Shown here in pieces: positions 38,959-48,470 of a stretch of DNA of 64,000 nucleotides. Location: the IMG/VR virus record IMGVR_UViG_3300028840_007457. One strand, 5' to 3'. A model generated the notes under the pieces. The model searched no databases. It was not told the DNA's origin and worked only from the letters and a program-made list of their open reading frames with translations. Position 1 is the stretch's first letter. Each line of letters begins with the position of its first letter. Origin of the DNA: an uncultured virus (IMG/VR IMGVR_UViG_3300028840_007457) (lineage: Duplodnaviria; Heunggongvirae; Uroviricota; Caudoviricetes). The translations under genes were made by a program, and so were the position numbers.

Positions 38959-41289
38959 ATGAAAAAAGTAGATTTCCTTTCTCCTAAAATCAATGCTGTT
39001 CAGGAGATGCCCAAAAGTGCATCTAAAAAGGACAAGACTAAAACAAAAAAGAAAAAACGTCGTAAAAAGAAAAAGAAATCACCATTAGTCGCAGAATTAA
39101 TTACTACCGAGTTACCTACTCCTACAATAGAAGAAATTGACTTTTTCAATGTTGTTTACGATGTAGTTAATTTTGACTCCCTTCCTTCAGATCCTGACAA
39201 ATTACCTAATCCGGAAGATTTAATTGAGAAAGCTATTGACTCTAATTTTGATATGGGAGTTTTTGCAGACCAAAAATTCCCAGAAGCGTCTAACATTATA
39301 GATTGGATTATTAGTCCCTCTTTTTTAAACAGTTCTACTAAACCTTATGCAAAACAATTTCAAGTAGTTGTTCATTTTAATAGAGATGCTTGTTATAGTT
39401 GTTCAGATTTAGATTATATTTTTGACGTTCCAGTAGATGCTAATTATGGCGAGCTTATGGAGCGTTTTGTTCTTTTAGAACATGGTGTTTGTCCTGTCTG
39501 CAAACGTAACAGAACAGAGATGTTGCAGGAATGGATTGTGGATCCAAAATTCCACAAATATAATGATTACGGAGATTATGCACTTTCCAGATTAAGACCT
39601 GTACCTCCTAATGAACTGTGCTCTATTTGGGGACAGCGGAGCGGTAAAAGTCACAGTGCTTCTACATTTGTAGCTACATACCATATTCATCGTTATCTTG
39701 CCCTTGAAAATCCAATGGCTTATTTTGATGAGCCTGCTAATAAAATTGTGAGTGGTACATTTGTATCACCTACACTCAAACAGAGCAGCGAATTTTCTTG
39801 GGTACCGTTTTGCGATGCTTTGCGCAGTAGTCCTTGGTTTAAAAGTGTGGCCTCTTACCTTAAAGATGAGGGTAGACGTTTAGGTTTAGATCTTTTTCAA
39901 AGTGGGCAAACATTTCTTACCTTTCCTAGCAAACGTCTTGCTCTTTCTATGGCAGCAGCTAACAGTTCCAATCTTCGCGGAAAAACAGGTCTCATAAATA
40001 TCATAGATGAGCTTGGATGGTTTAATTATGATGATCAAGGTAGAAAAAGAAGAGTACGAGATGGTTCGGCTATTTTCCGTTCTCTTACAAATAATTTAAG
40101 AACACTTCGTGCAGCAGCAGATATTAGACGTAAAAATGGAGATTATAATGCCATAGACGCAATAATGGCAAACATTAGTAGCCCGTCTTCTATCGGAGAC
40201 CCGATCATGCAACGGGCTGAAGTGGCTGCTAAAAATCCTCGAATTTACTATACGCATTTTGCTACCTGGGAAGTTAACCCTAAACAAACAGAAGAAGCAA
40301 TCAGAGACGAATTTGCAGGAGAACCGGAAGAAGATATTCTCCGTGATTTCTATGCTATTCCTCCAAAGGCAAGTAACCCGTTTTTTAAAGATCAAACTCT
40401 ACTAGAAGATTTAGTTTATGAGATGACCGAACCAGAGCCAGCTTTTACTTACGTCATAAAAGAAAATGAAAGCGACTTAGGATTACAAACACTTCAACCA
40501 GAAGTAAAAATTCCTAAAAAGAACAACCTCTATGCTTATGCTTTAGCTGTTGACAACGGAGAAAAGAAGAATTCATTTGCTCTTACTTTTGCTCGTTACC
40601 TTCCCGAGTTGGATGGTGCGTACATTGAAGAGTTAATGGAGGTAGCTCCTAGAAACGGTATGAGTGTAGATTTAGCTTGGGCATACGATAATGTAATTGT
40701 TCCTATTGTTAACTCATTCAATGTACTCTATGTAGCGTATGACCGTTGGCAAAGTGCTCATGCTTTTTATGATTTAAGAACTAAACACAACGTAATTAGC
40801 GAACGTTACAGCTTGACTTTTAACGATTTCAAAAATTTCCGTCATGACCTAGGCGGAAATAAGATACGATTTAATACTCAAGATAGCGACATTGATTCTA
40901 TTTTAAAAACTAGAGATTTGGCGATGAGATCTATGTACCCTCGTTCTCACTGTCTAGCTCAAATACTTACTGTTAATGTTTTTAATCGTAAATTATTTAA
41001 ACCCGATATTGGCAATGATGACCTTTTTAGAACTACAGTTCTAGCCCACAGATTTATAAAATCTTACAAAAAGGAATTTGAAAAGAAAAGCCGTTTCAAA
41101 TACCGTAGAGCTGGTATGGAAGCAATGGGGTTTAAAAGAGCCAATAAACCAATTGCAGGAATGTTTAATATTCCTAAATATATTTACGGTGGTGGTAGAG
41201 CTAGACGATCAGGCAGAGGACGTTCCCCTCAAGGACGACAACAAACCAGAAGACAATCCCACAATGGTGGTAACAGAGGAAGGTTTTAA
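38959..41289 (+). CDS. terL: terminase large subunit
   Basis: Walker A GQRSGKS, SPTLKQS, LRGKT..IIDE Walker B, ISSP, ATWEVNP; RNase H LAVDNG, YDRWQS, GNDDLF. Confidence 0.88.
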   Translation: MKKVDFLSPKINAVQEMPKSASKKDKTKTKKKKRRKKKKKSPLVAELITTELPTPTIEEIDFFNVVYDVVNFDSLPSDPDKLPNPEDLIEKAIDSNFDMGVFADQKFPEASNIIDWIISPSFLNSSTKPYAKQFQVVVHFNRDACYSCSDLDYIFDVPVDANYGELMERFVLLEHGVCPVCKRNRTEMLQEWIVDPKFHKYNDYGDYALSRLRPVPPNELCSIWGQRSGKSHSASTFVATYHIHRYLALENPMAYFDEPANKIVSGTFVSPTLKQSSEFSWVPFCDALRSSPWFKSVASYLKDEGRRLGLDLFQSGQTFLTFPSKRLALSMAAANSSNLRGKTGLINIIDELGWFNYDDQGRKRRVRDGSAIFRSLTNNLRTLRAAADIRRKNGDYNAIDAIMANISSPSSIGDPIMQRAEVAAKNPRIYYTHFATWEVNPKQTEEAIRDEFAGEPEEDILRDFYAIPPKASNPFFKDQTLLEDLVYEMTEPEPAFTYVIKENESDLGLQTLQPEVKIPKKNNLYAYALAVDNGEKKNSFALTFARYLPELDGAYIEELMEVAPRNGMSVDLAWAYDNVIVPIVNSFNVLYVAYDRWQSAHAFYDLRTKHNVISERYSLTFNDFKNFRHDLGGNKIRFNTQDSDIDSILKTRDLAMRSMYPRSHCLAQILTVNVFNRKLFKPDIGNDDLFRTTVLAHRFIKSYKKEFEKKSRFKYRRAGMEAMGFKRANKPIAGMFNIPKYIYGGGRARRSGRGRSPQGRQQTRRQSHNGGNRGRF

Positions 41290-41291
41290 CA

Positions 41292-41675
41292 ATGACCCTT
41301 TACGAATTTGTTGCACTGGCTGCAGATCGGGCTGATGTTCAACTTACACACAGTGCAAAAGAAAAAATAGTAGGTAGTTTAAAGGTAGCTGGATTTGAAA
41401 ATCTAAAAAATGAAAAAGACCGTCAAACTGCTTTCATAATCGTAAGTAAACGAATTGCTAAAATAATTGAAATTCCTAAACTTCGAAAAGCTTCTATCGT
41501 AACAGCTGCTTCTCCTAAAAGTGGAGCAAGTGCTTTTGAAGCCATCAAAGAAATGCGAGATAAAGGCATTTGCCCCAAGTGCAAAACCGATAAAAACGTT
41601 AGTTACCCTAAAATTAGAAAAGGGGAAGAAGTAATGTACTGCTCAACTTGTCGTGCTGTGTTATGGAAAGATTAG
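41292..41675 (+). CDS. zinc-ribbon protein
   Basis: CPKC...YCSTCRAVL. Confidence 0.7.
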   Translation: MTLYEFVALAADRADVQLTHSAKEKIVGSLKVAGFENLKNEKDRQTAFIIVSKRIAKIIEIPKLRKASIVTAASPKSGASAFEAIKEMRDKGICPKCKTDKNVSYPKIRKGEEVMYCSTCRAVLWKD

Positions 41676-41680
41676 TTTGG

Positions 41681-41766
41681 TTCACTGCTTACAAGCAGGA
41701 GGGACAAAAGCCCTCCATAGAAAAATTTTGAAATATGAACTTCTAGGGCTTCTTGTGAGCAGTGAA
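41681..41766 (+). other. structured intergenic element (nested inverted repeats)
   Basis: TTCACTGCTTACAAG / CTTGTGAGCAGTGAA outer stem with internal alternative pairings. Confidence 0.55.
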
Positions 41767-41818
41767 TCTCTTTCTAACTTTGTTAAACTATTGGTGCACC
41801 AGTATTTAGGTGATTTGA

Positions 41819-44137
41819 ATGTTTAACATCCGTTATGACCTTACAAAAGGGAGACTCCGAAGAGGCTCTTCTAGAAGAGCTATCGGAGCTAGTAGCACAC
41901 AACGTAAAAAGCGTTTGGGAGCTATACAACGAAGAGGCTATGGTGTTGGCGGTTTTGGTTATGGTAATTCTTTAACCCCAGCTGCTGGTAATTTAAATCA
42001 AGAATATAGCCCTGTTACAGATCGCGCTGAAGCTCCTACTTTAGGAGAGCAATTTCTTCCTGGTGATAGCGCCAGTCAGAATAAAATGTACGAGGAAATT
42101 GCTACATTTGATCCAATTGTTAGTCCTACTTTAGAATACTGGAAAGATCTTGCTTTTTCTGAAGATATCATTGTTAGCGGTGTAGTTGATTCCTATCAAA
42201 AACAATTTTTTGAAGATGCTCTTTACTCTAGTGGCATGATTCCTCTTATGCCAGAGTTGTTACATGACTTCCTTACTTTTGGTAAATTTGTAGCTCACCT
42301 GCTTTATAACGATAGCCTTAATTATTGGGATGGAGTAATTGCGCACAATTTGAATTTCCTTTCTATTCAGTATCCTGAAACTCCTGGTGGGAACGCCATT
42401 ATCGATATTCAACCAACAGCTGAACAAAGATCTTGGGCAACGTCTAAAGACCCCCGAGTGGTGGAAGATCGTCTTCAAATAGATCCAGTAATTGTTAAAT
42501 TAATGGCAGCTGGAAAGCAGATTCCGCTGTCTCCTGAAAATACTATTTTCCTTCCCCGTCGTGCTTTCTCTTGGGATTGTAAAGGCAGTAGTTATCTTAA
42601 CAGAGTTCTCATTTTTAAGGTTTATGAAAGTGCTATTTATAACGCATCTATTGCTGGTGCTCGTCGTAGAGCTGGCCCCCTCCTTCATATTACTGGTCCT
42701 GAAGGAGCTACTCCTGAAGAGCTTCAAGAATTGTTAGATCTGTTCTTCGCTAGTGAAGAAGATCCAGTTGGAGCTAAAGTTGTAACCAAAAAAGATGTTG
42801 AAGTTACCAGTGTTGGTGGTGGTTCTGCTGATTACTGGAAATTCTCTGACGAATGGCCTTTCCTTGTTGAAGGAAAAATGAGGGCTTTAGGAGTTAGTGA
42901 AACACTGGTTACTGGTGAAAGTAATTGGAATAGTATGGAGACCATTAGAACGGTCTTTATTGAAAAACTACAATACCTTCGTTCTTATTTTACCAAAAAA
43001 ATTATAATTGATAAAATGTGTCGTCAGTTGTCAGAACAAGAAGATTTTGTTAAAAGGAAAACGGCAGAAATAAATCACCGTTACAGAATCGCTAGACCCA
43101 AAAATAAAGCTGTTAGTGATTTAATCATTCCCAAAATCGAGTGGAGTAGACCTCTTACTCCTACTCGTGATGAAGCTTATATGGAGCTTCTTCGCACTCT
43201 TAAAGAAGAGGGTGGCATTTTAAATATGCGTACCTTCTACCAAGCAGGCGGTTTAGATATTGATGAAGAACTAGAAAATTCAAAAAGCGATTTAGAAACT
43301 CGTAAGAAAATGTACGAGTATAAACGAGCTGTTGCTGAACTTCGTACTAAAATGGGTTTTGATGAAAACGATACTTACGTTGGGGGTGAAGGAGAAGAAG
43401 GTGGTTTAGGTGGTGGTGGTTTTGGAGAGGAAGAAGGATTTGATTTTGGAGAAGAACCTGGTGGTGGTTTCGGTGAAGAACCCGGGGGTGGTTTCGGTGA
43501 AGAACCTGCCCCCCCTGCCGAAGCGCCTGCTGGTGAAGAAGGTGCTGGAGCTGCTTTAGACCATGCTCGTTTTCCAGTTGAACCCAAAAAACCGACCAAA
43601 GAAGTTTACGCTGCTCCTCATCGTGTTAAGAAATCTAACTATCGAATACTTGGAAAAGATATTATTGGTTTATTGAGTGAACTTCCGCTTTGGGATGAAA
43701 ATGAAACATTTTTCTCTTTACCAAAAAGACGTATTGCACAAGTACTTTACAAGGTGGCTCAAACAGATCCTCACGAAGATGAAAGAATTAAATTAGCTTC
43801 TACTCTTTATAAAGGCTTACGCAAAGAAGGATTTAATGATATTCAAGCGCAATCCATACTTTATATAGCTATACGATTAGGTTATATTCCTCCTGTTGAA
43901 CTCAGTTCTGAAATCTATAGTCTACTCAGTAAATATATTACTACCCGCATGAATGGTAGAATGACAAAAGCGATTGCTAATGAATTAGTCGCCCTGGCTA
44001 GATTAAGTGGTCACAATGAAAATGAAATAAGGCCACTTTCTGTTGATCAATTTAGGAACATTCTCTCTAATAGAGAGAGAAGTCTTCCTCATAATAAAAC
44101 TCTTACGGGGTATGTCCGTAGAGATGAATTAGGTTAA
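41819..44137 (+). CDS. portal protein
   Basis: Follows the terminase. DPIVSPTLEYW..AFS, DFLTFGK, GSSYLNR, RALGVSETLVTGE and IPKIEW fit a portal; acidic Gly-rich insert. Confidence 0.75.
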   Translation: MFNIRYDLTKGRLRRGSSRRAIGASSTQRKKRLGAIQRRGYGVGGFGYGNSLTPAAGNLNQEYSPVTDRAEAPTLGEQFLPGDSASQNKMYEEIATFDPIVSPTLEYWKDLAFSEDIIVSGVVDSYQKQFFEDALYSSGMIPLMPELLHDFLTFGKFVAHLLYNDSLNYWDGVIAHNLNFLSIQYPETPGGNAIIDIQPTAEQRSWATSKDPRVVEDRLQIDPVIVKLMAAGKQIPLSPENTIFLPRRAFSWDCKGSSYLNRVLIFKVYESAIYNASIAGARRRAGPLLHITGPEGATPEELQELLDLFFASEEDPVGAKVVTKKDVEVTSVGGGSADYWKFSDEWPFLVEGKMRALGVSETLVTGESNWNSMETIRTVFIEKLQYLRSYFTKKIIIDKMCRQLSEQEDFVKRKTAEINHRYRIARPKNKAVSDLIIPKIEWSRPLTPTRDEAYMELLRTLKEEGGILNMRTFYQAGGLDIDEELENSKSDLETRKKMYEYKRAVAELRTKMGFDENDTYVGGEGEEGGLGGGGFGEEEGFDFGEEPGGGFGEEPGGGFGEEPAPPAEAPAGEEGAGAALDHARFPVEPKKPTKEVYAAPHRVKKSNYRILGKDIIGLLSELPLWDENETFFSLPKRRIAQVLYKVAQTDPHEDERIKLASTLYKGLRKEGFNDIQAQSILYIAIRLGYIPPVELSSEIYSLLSKYITTRMNGRMTKAIANELVALARLSGHNENEIRPLSVDQFRNILSNRERSLPHNKTLTGYVRRDELG

Positions 44138-44143
44138 CAACAC

Positions 44144-44524
44144 ATGTCAAAAGAAAATATAGCTATCGGTTCTCTACGTTACAAGAGAATTAAAATAGCA
44201 CAAGATCCTCCAGAAGAAGGCCCCACTGAAGAAGAATTAGTGGACAAGTTTGAAGACAGTCCTCAAGCCAACTGGAAAGAATTTGAACAGCTTATTATTA
44301 GAGTGCTGCAAACTCAATACGGTACTCCTGTTACTCTCATAGGGACCGAATTGGAAAGTGACTATGGGGGACCTGAATCTGGTTTCAACATTAAAGGTTT
44401 TTTGAAGTTTCCTGAAGGTAGGCCACTTTCTATTTTAGACGAATTCGGTGAAGCTCCTATTGTATTTAGAGCTTATATAGCTGATGGAGAGCTTGTAGAA
44501 CCAATTACTCTTTCTTTTGACTAG
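44144..44524 (+). CDS. hypothetical head-region protein
   Basis: Basic leader KRIKIA, then an acidic domain. Confidence 0.65.
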   Translation: MSKENIAIGSLRYKRIKIAQDPPEEGPTEEELVDKFEDSPQANWKEFEQLIIRVLQTQYGTPVTLIGTELESDYGGPESGFNIKGFLKFPEGRPLSILDEFGEAPIVFRAYIADGELVEPITLSFD

Positions 44525-44657
44525 TTCCTTCATTCCTTTTCCCTCCTTTTCCTTCCTCAAAAATTGTAAAACCAATTTATCTTCTATGGAGAAGGTAATT
44601 TTAGTGTGATTTGACCCTAAACAGGGTGAATCTGTACCTTTAGCCTGGAGAACGCAC

Positions 44658-45086
44658 GTGTCTACTGGTTGTGGTTGGTCTCGTCTATTGCCTGGACAAG
44701 CAGGAAATATAGGGGCAGCATACAATATTCTTGGAAATTGTTGCAATAGAAAAAATACGGGTACTGGTACCATACTGGATGCTTTTTCTTGTTATGAAGT
44801 AGCTACATGTGCTCAAGCGTTTAGTCTTATTGGCGAAGAGCTTAAAAAACGGTTGCATGCTAAAAACGTCTATGTATCTTCTGTTGGTACTAACTCTTTT
44901 GCTATACATCTTCAACTCAGTTCTACAACAAGTAACAAAGCTGTTGTGAATTTATCAGCTGCTGGTAGCTGCAATTTCCCTATCAGTTGTAGTTGGACTA
45001 GAGGTGCCAGAAAAAGTGCTGGAGAAGAGAGTTTTCAAACCCTTTCAGATTTGATGAACTACCTCGTTAAAAACTTGAGAAAGTAG
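44658..45086 (+). CDS. hypothetical Cys-containing protein
   Basis: GGAG upstream of a GTG start. Confidence 0.55.
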   Translation: MSTGCGWSRLLPGQAGNIGAAYNILGNCCNRKNTGTGTILDAFSCYEVATCAQAFSLIGEELKKRLHAKNVYVSSVGTNSFAIHLQLSSTTSNKAVVNLSAAGSCNFPISCSWTRGARKSAGEESFQTLSDLMNYLVKNLRK

Positions 45087-45092
45087 ACTGTA

Positions 45093-45290
45093 GTGAGAGT
45101 ACGAAGAGTTAAAAAAGTAACAGCAAAGACGACAGAAGATCGCCTTTGGGATTTTATTGGAGAACAAGCAGAAATTCTCCATGTTTTAGCAACCAATGAA
45201 AAAATAGATGTAGCTCGAAAAAAATTACTTGCTGATAGCCCTTATTACAAAATAAGAAATGCTCTCAAACAATTGGGAGTTTTACTATAA
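45093..45290 (+). CDS. small basic-leader protein
   Basis: MRVRRVKKVTA leader. Confidence 0.5.
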   Translation: MRVRRVKKVTAKTTEDRLWDFIGEQAEILHVLATNEKIDVARKKLLADSPYYKIRNALKQLGVLL

Positions 45291-45342
45291 CAGTAGTTTC
45301 AGGAAGGCCCACTAATTACCAACCAACATGCCGACCTGAAAG

Positions 45343-47211
45343 TTGTTCACAACATTAGGAGAAGACAAATCTATGTCGAGAAAAAGGAAAATTAGAAAGA
45401 GGGTAGGTGAAATACCACCTCCCCGTGCGAGAGCACCGTCACCACATTTAAAGGTTGATGATAACAAGCTTTGGCGAAAATGTGATCAACTAGCCGAAGA
45501 TTTAGCTATCTTAGACCTTAAAGAATTCATTAAAGAGGTATCTGCAGTAGATCCCGAACGTGCAGACGTAATATTGCAGATGCTTAAATTCAAACACCCA
45601 AAAGCTTATCGACTCTTACTTAATGAAAAAACCTCACCAGGTTCTCTTAGTGAAGAGTTGATTGACGAGCAAGCAATAAATCAACCTACCGCAAATTTTG
45701 CCGGTAAAGGAAAAAGAACCATGAGTCTTAGAAAACGTAGAACTCGCCGCTCCCGTTTAGCAGATCGGCTTCCAACGCCTCCTCGTCGTCGTAGTCGGAC
45801 CTCTGAAAACCTGTATCTCGATGATGAGGACTTACGTTCTCCTCGTCGCCGTCGCCGTGCACAGGAAGATGATGAGAGTCCTTTCTCTCGTCGCCGTCGC
45901 CGTCGTTTTAGTGAAGACAAACCTCGTCATCCCATTTTTGACCGCCGTCGCAAAGCGGAAGAAGATGAAGACGAGCCTGCTGAGGAAATGGGATTCGAGT
46001 TTGAAGATCTAAATCTAGATGATTTAGATTTAGAGGGCCTCGAACTTGAAGAAGAAGAGGGTATGGAAGGTGAAGAGGAAGAAGGTGGCTGCCCTGAGGG
46101 ACAGGAAATGAAGTGTGTTCCTGTTGAAGATGGTGAAGAGGAAGATGAAGAAGAAGAGGAAGAAGAAAAGGAAGAAGAGGGCAAAGAAGGCGAAGAGGGA
46201 GAAGAAGAGAGCGAGGGTGAAACAGCTTCTTCTAAAGAATGTGGAGCTGAAGACGAAGAGGGTTGTGGTCCTACAGAAGCTGGTAAACCTCTTATGGAGA
46301 GAGTGTACAATACACGTGACTTAAAATCTCTTAAAAATGCTCGTTTCGATTTCATTCCTTTTGGGGTTAATCCTGAAGACGAGAATTACGAATTGTTCAA
46401 AGAGGACCCCCTCTACGCTATTTTCGCTATGGGTCATCCGGTAGCAGAAATTCACCTTTCTGACACTGACCTTACTAATGAGTTTAAGGGTCTATTCTTC
46501 AAACCGAGCTACATTGACCGCATTAAAGAAGGCTTTACTACGTTTGGTGTTGAGGAGACTCTTAAAAGTGTAAACGCTCGTTTCTATGCCACAGCTGCTT
46601 ACGAAAACGAGATTGCTTCTGAGGTTAGGGCTCAGTTAGCTGAAGAAATTCAAGCTGAGCGCCGTGCTACCCTGGCAGACCTCAAAGACGAGTTCATGAA
46701 TATCATGGCTGTTGTCGCTGAAGGCTCTGTTAAGAATTATTGGGGTGAGAATGCTCTTAAAGAAGCTCTCGTTAACCAGTTTAACAGCCTTGGTATTGAC
46801 ACCAATACGTGTGTTAATAAAATAGAAGGCGCTTTCCGTAAGAGTGGGGCTTCCTACCTCGAAATGCTTATTAACAAAGCTGATGAGCTGTTAGGTGCAC
46901 CTCAAGACGTAATGGCTCACCACACTGCTGAAATCGCTAGCATGGAATGGCGTCACCCCGGCTACGCTGCTGAGGAAGAAGCAATTCCCGTTGCCGCCTC
47001 CGTCCAGCAAAACAGGCAAATGCCCCGCTCTGTTCCCATTACCACAGGTCATGGTACTCCTGTTGTTGATGAAACAGAAGAACGTACTGCTAGCGGTAGG
47101 AAGTGGGATCCCAATTACTGGCGTCAGCGTATGAAGGGTCGTCTTTCTAATCGCACTGCTAGCGCCCTTACCGTTGGTTACGATGCGTTTAAACGTAAAA
47201 CGGGTAAGTAA
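45343..47211 (+). CDS. scaffold-like head assembly protein
   Basis: Lies between portal and protease; Arg tracts, Glu tract, helical C-half. Alternative starts at 45373 and 45721. Confidence 0.55.
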   Translation: MFTTLGEDKSMSRKRKIRKRVGEIPPPRARAPSPHLKVDDNKLWRKCDQLAEDLAILDLKEFIKEVSAVDPERADVILQMLKFKHPKAYRLLLNEKTSPGSLSEELIDEQAINQPTANFAGKGKRTMSLRKRRTRRSRLADRLPTPPRRRSRTSENLYLDDEDLRSPRRRRRAQEDDESPFSRRRRRRFSEDKPRHPIFDRRRKAEEDEDEPAEEMGFEFEDLNLDDLDLEGLELEEEEGMEGEEEEGGCPEGQEMKCVPVEDGEEEDEEEEEEEKEEEGKEGEEGEEESEGETASSKECGAEDEEGCGPTEAGKPLMERVYNTRDLKSLKNARFDFIPFGVNPEDENYELFKEDPLYAIFAMGHPVAEIHLSDTDLTNEFKGLFFKPSYIDRIKEGFTTFGVEETLKSVNARFYATAAYENEIASEVRAQLAEEIQAERRATLADLKDEFMNIMAVVAEGSVKNYWGENALKEALVNQFNSLGIDTNTCVNKIEGAFRKSGASYLEMLINKADELLGAPQDVMAHHTAEIASMEWRHPGYAAEEEAIPVAASVQQNRQMPRSVPITTGHGTPVVDETEERTASGRKWDPNYWRQRMKGRLSNRTASALTVGYDAFKRKTGK

Positions 47212-47256
47212 CCAAACCAGCCTTCTTTAATCAGTAATTAGTAGACAGTTAAAAAT

Positions 47257-47298
47257 CCGGTTGGGGTGAAGAAAACAAAAACGCTTCACCCCAACCGG
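47257..47298 (+). terminator. stem-loop (15-bp perfect inverted repeat)
   Basis: CCGGTTGGGGTGAAG / CTTCACCCCAACCGG followed by TTCGGTTT. Confidence 0.65.
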
Positions 47299-47321
47299 TT
47301 CGGTTTAAAAGGAAAAGTTTC

Positions 47322-48173
47322 ATGCCTCACATTAACGGTCATGTAAGCCTACCCCGTGTTGATGGTCACTATGCCAGTTACGATAAAGATGGCAACTATG
47401 AAGGAATGGTAGTTCGGGGAGATGCTTATGTGGCAGAACGGTACGATGCCCGTAATCAGATTTACGTACCTGAACCTCTCATTATCGAAGGGCATAAACT
47501 GGAGCAATTTAAAGACCCCCGTGGAAAATTGCGTGTTGCTGGGGCAGATTTAAAAAATTGCAGCTGCGATACTCTGGATATTAGTTGGTTGAAGAGTGCT
47601 AGTGAAGCTTATGATTGTAGTCCATCAATCTCAGATTATATTATAACAGAGTCTCCCGCACTTGTTATTGGGTACCCAAATAGAAATATGGATGGATTTA
47701 CCATGGACGAAATGTTAAAGTGGAAAATACCTATGAGTAGAATGACCTACCAAACTTTTATTGGTAAACCAGCGCATCAGGATCATGATAATCAAGATCC
47801 AACTAAAGCTAAAGGCGCTATTTTTGATGCTGTTATGGTTCCTTTTATGGGCAGACCGCATGTTAAGTTACTCAAAGGATTTGATCGTAGCAAAGATTCT
47901 AAATTAGCTAAGCGAATAGAAAAACGAGAAATAATTGGTCATAGTATGGGATGTCTTGTAGAGAAGACAGAATGTAGTCTCCCAGATTGTGGCTATATCA
48001 GTGATGGGCGCGTTACCTGCGAACATGTAGCTAATGGAGAAGGTAAAGGACAAGTTATTGGTGACTATATAGTTTGGGAGATTTTAAGAGATCTCTATTT
48101 TATAGAGGATTCGGCAATTTCTAATAATGACCAAGCAAATGTTACAAGTTTAAGTAGCTATATCCACGGTTAA
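47322..48173 (+). CDS. prohead (capsid maturation) protease, HK97/assemblin-like fold with Zn insert
   Basis: PNRNMDGF, TFIGKPAHQDH (His), HSMGC (Ser), CS..C...CEH. Confidence 0.78.
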   Translation: MPHINGHVSLPRVDGHYASYDKDGNYEGMVVRGDAYVAERYDARNQIYVPEPLIIEGHKLEQFKDPRGKLRVAGADLKNCSCDTLDISWLKSASEAYDCSPSISDYIITESPALVIGYPNRNMDGFTMDEMLKWKIPMSRMTYQTFIGKPAHQDHDNQDPTKAKGAIFDAVMVPFMGRPHVKLLKGFDRSKDSKLAKRIEKREIIGHSMGCLVEKTECSLPDCGYISDGRVTCEHVANGEGKGQVIGDYIVWEILRDLYFIEDSAISNNDQANVTSLSSYIHG

Positions 48174-48205
48174 TTTGTTTAAACGCCACAAAAAGGACAA
48201 CAACA

Positions 48206-48466
48206 ATGCCTTACTTTAAAAACAACGTTGAAGTTTACAGTACCAAAGATCTGTTAGAAAATCTTGACGACGTAATGGAGAGTTTAGACTGGCATGTAGA
48301 AGCCCTTGCAGAGAATTTAAAATTAGGAAGAAAGAAGGCTATAGTTGATACTCTTGAAGGAATGAAATGGGAATTTTCAGAAGGTGTTAAACACGTAGAA
48401 GACCTACTTAAAGCCATTGCCTCTGGTGGTGAGCTGGAAGTACCGTTACCTCGTAAAAAGTTCTAA
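48206..48466 (+). CDS. hypothetical protein
   Basis: SD AAGGA; 86 aa, helical. Confidence 0.65.
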   Translation: MPYFKNNVEVYSTKDLLENLDDVMESLDWHVEALAENLKLGRKKAIVDTLEGMKWEFSEGVKHVEDLLKAIASGGELEVPLPRKKF

Positions 48467-48470
48467 GCAA

